Source of the DNA: Candidatus Bathyarchaeota archaeon
Lineage (GTDB): Archaea; Thermoproteota; Bathyarchaeia; Bathyarchaeales; Bathycorpusculaceae
Direction of reading: 5' to 3'
Length of the DNA: 64,000 bases
Assembly (NCBI GenBank): GCA_963780185.1
Contig: CAWABA010000011.1
Span: 64,001-128,000 of the forward strand
The notes below the pieces were generated by a model, which saw nothing but the letters and a program-made list of their open reading frames with translations, was not told the DNA's origin and ran no database searches. Positions 9,558 through 18,207 of the stretch are shown here, in pieces. How positions within the stretch are numbered: the stretch's first letter is position 1; the number at the start of each line of letters is the position of its first letter. The position numbers were made by a program, and so were the translations under genes.

Positions 9558-10487
9558 TTATTTCATACTTCCAACTTTTATGTAACCCGAATTTGCCAGA
9601 TTATCCCAATTAAACGATGAGTCATAATTGTTCGCTATCTCTTTTAACTTTTTTACTAAATCCGGAACAGTCACGACTATATTATGCTCCATTACCAACT
9701 GGATTTGTATTTCAAGAACTAACGGGTATGCTGAGAACAAGTAATTGTCTACTTCGCTTCTTGCATTTCGCCCAAGTTTATTTATCGCTTGTTTCATCAG
9801 CGACCAAAGACTGTCATCGGAAATGTCAAGACGAGTAGAAATATTCGTTGACAGAAGCAGTTGAACGTATTTTCCGTTAATAGCTTCATTTTGGTTAAGC
9901 GCTTCCCGCATTTGATAGCCAATGCTCGTAAGGGTGAAAGAACCGAAACAAGTCTTTTTAGGTCTTAGTATTCCGAGATCAACCAACCATTCAAAATAAG
10001 ACTCAACAAAATGTTCTGAAAGGTGTAATTCGCTTACATAATCCTTAATGTAATTATTTATTCTCAAATGACAGATTAGTTCCCGAAAATCCTTTAAGTT
10101 AATTAATCTTAAAAAGAAAGAAATCTTTTCCTTCTTTGTTAGAAAAAAACTTTGCTTATCATCAATGTTCGCCAGGAAAACAGTATATCCATTAGGTATT
10201 ACAATTCTACCTTCTATTCTCAGAAAATCGAGCCAGTCTGCAAATCGAAGGTAATTTCTTGCCACCGCTCTTGACCTTAAAACGCCTGTGTTTCTGATAT
10301 ATTTTAATAATTCTGGATTAATCAATTCGGATGCTTTCAAGAGCTTCTCTATAAAAAGATCCATGTCGATGGAAGGCGACTCAAGAAGTTTAGAAGAGAT
10401 CAGCACAAAATATCTTAGCCGCCTGGCTTCTCCAAGTGGGGAACGCTTAGTATCTACAACCTGTGGCTCAATTCCGTCCATTAACAA
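9558..10487 (-). CDS. Hypothetical protein with probable tandem winged-helix domains
   Basis: 309 aa; ARNYLRFADWLDFL...IPNGY and YFEWLVDLGIL...FTLTSIG are wHTH-type signatures. Confidence 0.6.
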   Translation of the reverse strand: MLMDGIEPQVVDTKRSPLGEARRLRYFVLISSKLLESPSIDMDLFIEKLLKASELINPELLKYIRNTGVLRSRAVARNYLRFADWLDFLRIEGRIVIPNGYTVFLANIDDKQSFFLTKKEKISFFLRLINLKDFRELICHLRINNYIKDYVSELHLSEHFVESYFEWLVDLGILRPKKTCFGSFTLTSIGYQMREALNQNEAINGKYVQLLLSTNISTRLDISDDSLWSLMKQAINKLGRNARSEVDNYLFSAYPLVLEIQIQLVMEHNIVVTVPDLVKKLKEIANNYDSSFNWDNLANSGYIKVGSMK

Positions 10488-10539
10488 GTGACCCTTTTTA
10501 TTTAAGTAGACTCAATAAGAATTTAAATCCTACCGTTAG

Positions 10540-11044
10540 TTGAATCCGTTTATGCAAGTTAAAATCGGTAATGTCTCATTTGAGGTTCCACTTCTTCCGT
10601 TTCGTTTAGAGGGAAATGATGAATACATATTACTCGATACCAGCTGCTTGTTAGATATACTTCCAAAAACTAAACCCTTCTTTTTTACTAGTGAAGAAAA
10701 GAAATCTAAAGATAGCTATCCTCGAAAAAACTATTCGCGAGGTTGAAGAGCACTTGACAAAGTCACTTATAACTCGCCAAGAAGAAAATGCCTCAACTTT
10801 CGGTATTGAAAGCGCCGGCAATTGCCTTAGAAAAATACTAATGGATACCAGAATAAAGAAGATATCCAATCCAACGACCACCGACAAAAAACTAGCAAGT
10901 TATGAGAAATTTGCTGAAGATAAAATACTGGCTTACGCATTATTTGAAGGGAAATTCAAGGCAATTTCGACAAAGGGGGACACAGCTTTTTCAAATCGCC
11001 TAAAAGATAAACATATTTCAGTTGATAAGATTCTTAAACCCTGA
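10540..11044 (+). CDS. PIN-domain protein split by a frameshift at a T6 run (10681-10686)
   Basis: Joined frames give ILLDTSCLLD...IAILEKTIREV...EDKILAYAL...ISTKGD. Confidence 0.62.
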
Positions 11045-11105
11045 TACGATAGCGTCTTATTCCAACGCTTTGCATAGGACTCGGTGTGTGGGCGCAACGC
11101 TCCCT

Positions 11106-12665
11106 TTATAGGAACCCTTTGGATCTTCTGGCAACTGCGTCTGCAAGTTTCAGTTCAATTGGGAACGAGAAGGATCTGTGTTTCCATCGGTACTTCTCAA
11201 TTTTGTTCATCATTGTGTAAGCTGTTTTGAAGGCGAAGTCGCGTTCTTTTATTCTTGCTTCTGGGAGAAACGCCAGACGGGTAACGGCTGAAATCGTGTG
11301 GAGTTTTGCAATTTGTTTTTTGCTGTGCCAAGGCGGGTCAAAATGGAAAACTTGGATGCTTCCCCACGCCTCAAGCGACTGAGGCGGAACAAAACCCGAT
11401 GGCAAAACATTGGCTAGCGGGCTCGGGAACGGGGTGTAGACGAATATGCCGTAGTGCTGGGTTTTCGGGTTGACTTCGGACATTTTATCCATCAAGTCAA
11501 AGGTTTGGTTTAGGTCTTGGTCTGTTTCGCCTGGTAAGCCGCTCATCCATGAAACGTAGGGCTCGATGGATGGCGCCCAAGCCTTGAGGTTTGCAACGGA
11601 TTGGAGCATTTGGTCCGCTGTCACGTCTTTGCAGATGAGTTCCTGCAGACGCGGGGACCCTGATTCGCCTCCGAAATCAAGCTCAACGCAGCCCGCCCGC
11701 TCCAAAAGCCCGAGAAATTCCCTGTCGTATGTTGATAGGTAATCGAATCGGCAGTTAGCCCGCCACTGAACATGTATTTTCCTGTCGATGATACCTTGGC
11801 AGATGTCTCTAACGCGCTGTTGATCCACAAAAACGTTGTCGTCGATGGGGTCGATTATTTTGACGTTTGGAAATTTTTTGAGGATGTATTCTATTTCGTC
11901 GAGGACGCGGCTTGCGCTTTTGCCTCGCCACCTTTTTTTGTTGAACAGGGTGTTGTAGCAGAAACCGCATCTGTGGGGGCAGCCTCTGCTGGTTTGGATG
12001 TGGAACCTGCCTGATTTTACGGATGGGTAGCGGTCCATTTGGAGGAGGTCGTATGGCAGGTCGATGGGTGTTGCGTCTAAGTCGATTATTTTGCCGTCAG
12101 GGTTGCTCTTCACTGCGCCGCCAACGCGGTAGGTTATGCCTGCAACGCCCTCAAGCGGCTGAGCTGACGCAAGAGCATTCGCCAAGTCCTTGACTATTAG
12201 TTCCCCTTCTCCGCGGACAACCACGTCCACGAGTGGGTGGCTTGCGGTTTGTTCAGGCAGAAGCGTTGGGTGTACGCCGCCCCAGACCAGCGGGCAGGAC
12301 GGGTTTTGCGTTTTCACGTAATGGGCGAGTTCCAACGCGTACTTGATTTGTAGGCCGCTCATGCAGCTTATGCCCACGAAGAGGGGGTCGCCGACGTTGA
12401 AGCTGCGGTAGTCTTCGAGACGCATGTCGAGGACGCGGACACAAAAGCCTTCCTGACGGAGAGACGCGGCTATGTAGAGGAGGGCGAGGGGGACTTGGGG
12501 GTCGGGTGCCTTGAATTTTCCTGGGAAAACAAGCAGGACCTCTTTTTTGCCTTCGGCGGGGGCGTTGTTAAGGGGGGAGGATGGAGTCTGGGTTGAAACC
12601 ACGCTTGCAAAACCTCTATAAGAGGTAATTGAACATGTGTTTTTAATTGTTTCTGAAACAGCCAA
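11106..12665 (-). CDS. B12-binding radical SAM protein (class B methylase/BchE-like); true start may be ~12602
   Basis: PLALLYIA, WGGVHPT, RGEGE, SRGCPHRCGFC, GGESGS. Confidence 0.9.
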   Translation of the reverse strand: MAVSETIKNTCSITSYRGFASVVSTQTPSSPLNNAPAEGKKEVLLVFPGKFKAPDPQVPLALLYIAASLRQEGFCVRVLDMRLEDYRSFNVGDPLFVGISCMSGLQIKYALELAHYVKTQNPSCPLVWGGVHPTLLPEQTASHPLVDVVVRGEGELIVKDLANALASAQPLEGVAGITYRVGGAVKSNPDGKIIDLDATPIDLPYDLLQMDRYPSVKSGRFHIQTSRGCPHRCGFCYNTLFNKKRWRGKSASRVLDEIEYILKKFPNVKIIDPIDDNVFVDQQRVRDICQGIIDRKIHVQWRANCRFDYLSTYDREFLGLLERAGCVELDFGGESGSPRLQELICKDVTADQMLQSVANLKAWAPSIEPYVSWMSGLPGETDQDLNQTFDLMDKMSEVNPKTQHYGIFVYTPFPSPLANVLPSGFVPPQSLEAWGSIQVFHFDPPWHSKKQIAKLHTISAVTRLAFLPEARIKERDFAFKTAYTMMNKIEKYRWKHRSFSFPIELKLADAVARRSKGFL

Positions 12666-12737
12666 AACAGTCTGCTATCTCTAACGCATATTCAAAGGCA
12701 GATTGTGTCTCTAAACCAAAAAAGCAGCTTGAGGCAA

Positions 12738-12872
12738 GCCCTTCGCGGTAGGGCCATCGGGGGAGGGGGTCTAGTATTTACATCAAAAATCAACCACAAA
12801 TACTAGTCAACCCTGAAAACCAAAATGGGCCCCTACCCCCATTTTTACATCAAAAACCCATTGTAAAAATGG
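12738..12872. repeat. Structured intergenic element: hairpins with a repeated 13-mer
   Basis: IRs CTAGTATTT/AAATACTAG and CCATTTTTACA/TGTAAAAATGG; TTTACATCAAAAA at 12777 and 12844. Confidence 0.6.
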
Positions 12873-12950
12873 TTTCCCATGGACTGAAGAAATAACCCTA
12901 AACTTTTAAGAAAAACAGAAAACAAAAAGGCAGGATGAAGAAAAGGAAAG

Positions 12951-13355
12951 TTACTTCAGCGGCACATACATTGAAGATCTTGACGCGCCGATACCTGGAG
13001 TTCCATGACGGACAGGCTTGTTCGTTATCGCGAACTCGCCGAGGTAGTGCCCAATCATTTCAGGCTTCATTTCAACCGCAACGAATTCTTTGCCGTTGTG
13101 TATCTGGATTTTTACTCCAACCATTTCCGGCAGGATAATCAGGTCGCGGACGTGAGTTTTAAGGTTGACTTCTTTTCCCTGTTTTTGTGCCTCTTTAGCT
13201 TCACGCAGTTTCTCTAGCAGTATGCGTTGTTCCGCGGTTAAGCCGCGTTGAAGGCTTCTTCTCTGTCTCGAAGGAAGCAAATTGATGAATTCATCCATAG
13301 ACATCCCTGTTAAACTGACCAAGCTGTGTCCGCGGTAACTAAATTCTTTCGGCAT
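12951..13355 (-). CDS. rps19p: 30S ribosomal protein S19P
   Basis: [32 protein letters not shown]. Confidence 0.97.
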   Translation of the reverse strand: MPKEFSYRGHSLVSLTGMSMDEFINLLPSRQRRSLQRGLTAEQRILLEKLREAKEAQKQGKEVNLKTHVRDLIILPEMVGVKIQIHNGKEFVAVEMKPEMIGHYLGEFAITNKPVRHGTPGIGASRSSMYVPLK

Positions 13356-13409
13356 TTTTCATCTTCACCTTAAACTCTTCTTAAACGCTATAAACCTTCT
13401 GCCCTACTC

Positions 13410-14150
13410 TTAGCGGATTGCCCGCTTCTTCTTTTGTCCCGGTCCTCTTGCAGCAATCAAACCGACTTTCTGTCCTGGAGGAGCGCCATGCGAAGTTGTT
13501 GTGCATCTGCGAGAGCTTCGTTTGCTGCTTCCATAGGGGTGAACTGCTGGAACCATTTTGCGTCCGCTAGTTCTCGGGTACTTGTGACCTTTAGCTTTCA
13601 TCCAATGAAACATCTCGCCTGCCTTAAGGAACGGCTTCTCGATTCTTCCAGAAGCGGAAACTACGCCGACGGTTGCTAAGCAGTAGTCGTCGACGTACCT
13701 TGTTCTTCCGGAGGGCAGCCGTATCATTGTGCCTTGCGGAGTGTGACCGACAACGGTTGCGTAAGCGCCTGAAGACTTCGCCATTTTGCCGCCGTCGCCT
13801 GGACGGAGCTCTATGCCGCAGACGATGGTTCCTTCAGGGATCTTCCCCAGTGAAACGATGTTGCCTATTTCGGCAGGTGCTTTTCCACCGTAGGTGATTT
13901 GTTGCCCCATAAAGACGCCTTCGGGAACAATCGAGTAGAATGACAATCCGTTCTCGAATTTGATGAGTGAAAGGGGTGAGCCTCGACCTGGATCATGCAT
14001 TAGTTCTTGCACTGTGCCGCATAGTGAGGCGTCAAAGGATTCTTTCGGTGTTATCGCAGGGTACTTTGCTGGAGCAACTCGTTTATGAGTGGAAGCTCGC
14101 CAGTTTCGACCGCCGCGACCGCGTCTCTGAACACGTATACGTTTTCCCAT
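13410..14150 (-). CDS. rpl2p: 50S ribosomal protein L2P
   Basis: MGKRIRVQRRGRG, HDPGRG, PPGQKVGLIAAR. Confidence 0.97.
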   Translation of the reverse strand: MGKRIRVQRRGRGGRNWRASTHKRVAPAKYPAITPKESFDASLCGTVQELMHDPGRGSPLSLIKFENGLSFYSIVPEGVFMGQQITYGGKAPAEIGNIVSLGKIPEGTIVCGIELRPGDGGKMAKSSGAYATVVGHTPQGTMIRLPSGRTRYVDDYCLATVGVVSASGRIEKPFLKAGEMFHWMKAKGHKYPRTSGRKMVPAVHPYGSSKRSSRRCTTTSHGAPPGQKVGLIAARGPGQKKKRAIR

Positions 14151-14170
14151 AAGTCATGCATCCAATTAGT

Positions 14171-14431
14171 TTATAGTATTCCTAGTTTGATTGCGACGTC
14201 TGAAGCCTTGAATTCGGGGGTTAGCTTCACGAAGGCTTTTTTCACGCCTTGCGGAGTGATAAGCAAGTTTACTTTGTTTACTTTAACTTCGTAAAGTTCT
14301 TCAACGGCTTTTTTTATGTCGCTTTTTCCTGCCTTGATGTTAACGACAAAGAGCAGTTTGTTATCTTTCTCAACCATTACGCTTGCGGATTCCGTCATTA
14401 ACGGGTAACGTATTACATCATTGTTATCCAT
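14171..14431 (-). CDS. rpl23p: 50S ribosomal protein L23P
   Basis: YPLMTE, KKAFVKL, ASDVAIKLGIL. Confidence 0.97.
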   Translation of the reverse strand: MDNNDVIRYPLMTESASVMVEKDNKLLFVVNIKAGKSDIKKAVEELYEVKVNKVNLLITPQGVKKAFVKLTPEFKASDVAIKLGIL

Positions 14432-15224
14432 TATTCTGTTTCCCCTTTGCTGTAAAGTTTATCTAGACTTTCAATTGCGCCGTTGGTCCAAACCGTTAAT
14501 CGACCGGGATGAGTTCCTGGCGCTAACATTTCAGTGTTAAGATTCTTAACCGTGGTTACCTGGACACCTGGAACGTTGCTTGCAGCGTTAGTTAACCCCT
14601 TACCGTCAACAACTACAATTAGCGGCCCTACGGCTTGCTTCATTTTTCTGCCTCTGTGTTTGCCTTTGCCTGCGCGGATTTTTCGGCTGTTTCGAACTCG
14701 AGTAATGTCGCTTAGGACACCGAGTTTTGTGAGGGCTTCCTCGACTTCTTGAGCCTTTGTTAAGCTCTCGATTGCGTTATCAACAATTAACGGTATGTCG
14801 ACAACCGCTTCGATTTTGTGTCCTCGTAAAGCTACCGTTTCTTTTTGCGCTGTTGCCGCGATCGCTGAAAACAACGCTAATTTAGCCTCTTTCTTCGGGA
14901 TGCTTTTGAGGATTTTCTTTTCGGCTCTCGGAGGGTGAGGCTGTCTTCCTTTAACTGTGCTTGGAGCAAAAGCTGCTCTTCCACTGCCGCCTTTTATGCG
15001 AGGAATTCTTGCGGTTCCGCTGCCTGTTCCACGTGACTCTGCGCTCGTTCGTTTCCCAGCCATTGGGTCTCTGCCTTGCGGCTGCAACCTGCTTGACTGT
15101 ATGGCTAGACTGCACGTTTTATCACGTCAGGCCGAAGAGGTGTGGAGAATACTGATGGAAGGGCAATGTTGCCTGTTGATTCGCCTTGTAAATCGAAAAT
15201 TTTCGCGGTTTTTTGCTGTGGCAT
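14431..15224 (-). CDS. rpl4p: 50S ribosomal protein L4P (frameshift ~15108, probably sequencing error)
   Basis: ATG 15224 gives [15 protein letters not shown]...[17 protein letters not shown], continuing in the frame [17 protein letters not shown]...[11 protein letters not shown]. Confidence 0.94.
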
Positions 15225-15236
15225 AACTTTTCAACC

Positions 15237-16250
15237 TTACTTCCCTTGTGGTGATTCCAGCGACACATATGTTACTTGTGGTGGGGCTTCCGGTATTTCT
15301 CTTGGTGGACGTGCTGGAACGCGTAGGCGAATTTGGCGTTTTTCTGTTCCTGGGATGCTGCCTTCCATGAGGATGTATGGTCCTTTTACTTCGCCGTATC
15401 GGATATATCCGCCTTTGACGGTTACTTCTTTGCCGTCTTTGCCGATTTTGAGTATGCGTTTGTTGAATTCTATGCGTTGGTGATATCCCATTTGTCCTGC
15501 TCGCGGAATTGAGTACATGAGGTGGTGGGGGTTCCATGGTCCCAAGGTTGCGATGCCTCGTTTGGTTTTGCGGCCTTTATGCTGCAGCTTGGTTACTCCC
15601 CAACGTTTTACTGGTCCTTGGAAGCCTTTTCCGACTGTGACTCCTGCGACGTCTATGTATTGTCCGTCTTTGAAGACTTCTTCAGGCGTCACTGTTTTGC
15701 CTAAGAGTTGTTTGGCGTAATCGAGTTGCTGGGCGATTGTGCCTCCGCCGATTTGAACTTCACATGCGTCAGGCTTCTTCTTTGAGAGGCTTGTTTGGGT
15801 GGGTTGAGTTACCGTGATGACTCTGACGGCTGTTGTATCCTCTAGGTGCTGCTGGACTTTTTCAAGCATTTCTTCAGTGTTAAAGGTCTCTGGGAGAACC
15901 ATCAGCCTGTCGAGGATTGCTGGTGGATCTTTCATCCATGCCTCGCTGATGTTTTGTAGCCCATAGGGTGTTTTGGTATAAGTTCGAATGCCGCAGATAA
16001 GAATCGGCGGTGTTTCCAGTATGGTGGCTGCATGCATGACTTCTTTGCCGAAGTTTGGTGAACGTTTTCGGTCTTCGATGGCAAAAACATATGTCATGCC
16101 TGCCTTGTACGCTGAAAAGGCCAGCAGTTTTGGAGAATCAGAATTTATTTTTGGCCAATATCGGATTCGCGCAACTGGACTTTTAGCGCGTTTCCTAGGT
16201 AAATAAGCAAGTGAACCATGCTTAGGAGCGTGAGTTTTACGATGTCCCAT
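15237..16250 (-). CDS. rpl3p: 50S ribosomal protein L3P
   Basis: HAPKHGSLAYLPRKRA, GKGFQGPVKRWG, AGQMGYHQR. Confidence 0.97.
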   Translation of the reverse strand: MGHRKTHAPKHGSLAYLPRKRAKSPVARIRYWPKINSDSPKLLAFSAYKAGMTYVFAIEDRKRSPNFGKEVMHAATILETPPILICGIRTYTKTPYGLQNISEAWMKDPPAILDRLMVLPETFNTEEMLEKVQQHLEDTTAVRVITVTQPTQTSLSKKKPDACEVQIGGGTIAQQLDYAKQLLGKTVTPEEVFKDGQYIDVAGVTVGKGFQGPVKRWGVTKLQHKGRKTKRGIATLGPWNPHHLMYSIPRAGQMGYHQRIEFNKRILKIGKDGKEVTVKGGYIRYGEVKGPYILMEGSIPGTEKRQIRLRVPARPPREIPEAPPQVTYVSLESPQGK

Positions 16251-16837
16251 AGATTATCCGCTTCGCGCCATTAGCAAATATAAAGAGAGGTTATAAACAT
16301 TACCGTCAAAAACATCAAAGTGACCGCCGATATGGACTTTTGTGTCTTTCTCGTATAGACGCTTTGTTTCGTTTGATTATGGTATGGTTGTTGGGTTATT
16401 TCATTTTTGTGGTTGGTTTTTGGTTGATTTAGGTGTATATTTTTAAGTTGAGACTTTTGTTTTGGTGAAAGTTGAGACTTTCCACCGTGGCTTTTGATGT
16501 TTTGGGTTGTTTTTTTGGTTTGGGTTGCAGGGCTACGTTTGTTGTGCCCATTTGGGATGGGCGGATGCGACTTTCCATGTTGACTCTATGTTGAAGTTAT
16601 TGTCGGTTATGGGCGGAGCGGGGCGGCAGGTTCAGGTTTGCTTTGGCTTATTTTCCAATTTGGGAAACTTGAAGGCTTTGCCAGACGGCGACTTCCGCCA
16701 ATGGTCGGCTGGATAGAAATTGCTGTTCGAGTTGAGTGGCTTTATGCCGGGGTTCACCACCACATTACTGCACCCTCGCAGCCGACAGCTTTGGTTAGAA
16801 AACGTTTTTACATGCCAGACACAAATCCTATACCTGC

Positions 16838-16961
16838 GCCGGGGTGGCGGAGTGGTTAACGCGCCAGCCTCGAGATCTAACAAAAAAGAGGGCTAAGCCA
16901 AAAGGCAAGTTAGCTGGTGGGCTTCGCGCCCGCAGGGGTTCGAATCCCTTCCCCGGCGCCA
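16838..16961 (+). tRNA. tRNA-Ser(CGA) with ~37-nt intron at 37/38 (16875-16911) and encoded CCA
   Basis: Acceptor GCCGGGG/CCCCGGC, discriminator G, anticodon stem CCAGC/GCTGG, loop CT-CGA-G|A, long variable arm, GGTTCGAATCC T-loop. Confidence 0.9.
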
Positions 16962-17171
16962 ACTAACATGGGACATGTGGATAAGGGGGTGCTTGTCAAT
17001 GAAGAAATTTGAAAGTATTTCTTTTGTCCATTAAATTAGGCAATAAAAGCGCGTTAAATTATTTTCGTCTTTTAGTACATTTTTAAAAGGTCTAAAAAGA
17101 AAAGAGAATGGATTGAATCCACTCAGATTTAATTATAAATACTAAGAGAGGGTTATTAGGGATTACAAGAA

Positions 17172-17609
17172 GTGTTAACGTTGGAATCTTTAGAAGTTAC
17201 AATAGTTTGTTCGCAAGAACAATCCCTGAAAATTCCGAAAATTCTTGATGAAGTTAAGAAGGAACACGAAGGCATTTCCTATGCGATTGAAGACTCTTTC
17301 TCTTTTGCCCCGGTTTTCAACGAAAATTCGATAAAAATCGTTCTTTCAGCAATCCAAATCTCCGGCATTGCAGTCCCTGTTCTTACATCTTTAATGGAAA
17401 AGCTTCACAAGAATGATATGCGAACTGATTATAATGACCGCTATAAACTGGCACTCAGAACTCTTAAAGACAAAGCCCCTTTAATATGCGATCAGTTGGA
17501 AGATACTCCGTTTTTTAGTCAGTATAAATTTACTACAAAGTATGGGAAATATGTCTGGACATATAATAAAGGGAAGATTTCAATGAACCAAATTAAGGAG
17601 AAAGAATGA
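17172..17609 (+). CDS. Hypothetical protein, coupled to dcd
   Basis: 145-aa ORF whose stop directly abuts the dcd start. Confidence 0.65.
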   Translation: MLTLESLEVTIVCSQEQSLKIPKILDEVKKEHEGISYAIEDSFSFAPVFNENSIKIVLSAIQISGIAVPVLTSLMEKLHKNDMRTDYNDRYKLALRTLKDKAPLICDQLEDTPFFSQYKFTTKYGKYVWTYNKGKISMNQIKEKE

Positions 17610-18206
17610 TTGACCGTTCTTTCCGACCAAGAACTGAAAGAACTTATTCGCAAAAAGGATGTAGTCGTCCACCCCATTTTATCTGAAAAGCAAATTCAGT
17701 GTGCCAAGATTGACTTGAGACTAAGTAACGTAATTTACATGATAAAGTATTTTGAACATGCTTGTTATGATCCAAGAAAGGAAAATATTGACTACGGTGA
17801 AGAAAGAAAAATTGATTTCAATGAAGCTTTCATACTTCATCCAGGAGACTTTGCGATGGCACCACTCTTTGAAAGAGTAAAGCTTCCCGCGAATATAGTA
17901 GGTCGTTTAGATGGTCGAAGCTCCTTTGGCAGATTGGGCATAATAATTCACGCGACTGCTGGAGGCATAGACCCAGGTTATTGCGGGAAAATTACTTGCG
18001 AACTTTCTAATCTAGGGAAAGTTCCTGTTGAACTTTATCCTTTGACACGAATCGCGTCACTAACATTGGAGAGACTTGACAAACCTTGCGAGAAAGCTTA
18101 TTGTAACAAACCCGATAGAAAATATAAGTCCGTTATGTCGACAATGCTGTCTGATGATTATGAATTTAAGGATAAATTGTTTGAAAAGCTAGCAAGCCGT
18201 TTATAA
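17610..18206 (+). CDS. dcd: dCTP deaminase (trimeric dUTPase-like family)
   Basis: VLSD, IDLRL, FILHPG, GRSSFGRLG, AGGIDPGY, ELSN. Confidence 0.93.
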   Translation: MTVLSDQELKELIRKKDVVVHPILSEKQIQCAKIDLRLSNVIYMIKYFEHACYDPRKENIDYGEERKIDFNEAFILHPGDFAMAPLFERVKLPANIVGRLDGRSSFGRLGIIIHATAGGIDPGYCGKITCELSNLGKVPVELYPLTRIASLTLERLDKPCEKAYCNKPDRKYKSVMSTMLSDDYEFKDKLFEKLASRL

Positions 18207-18207
18207 T

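Noticed and set aside
16507-16883. Short ORFs or SRP/RNase P RNA upstream of the tRNA
   Set aside because: Two of the ORFs overlap the tRNA, none has recognisable motifs, and no SRP helix-8 or RNase P P4 signature is visible.
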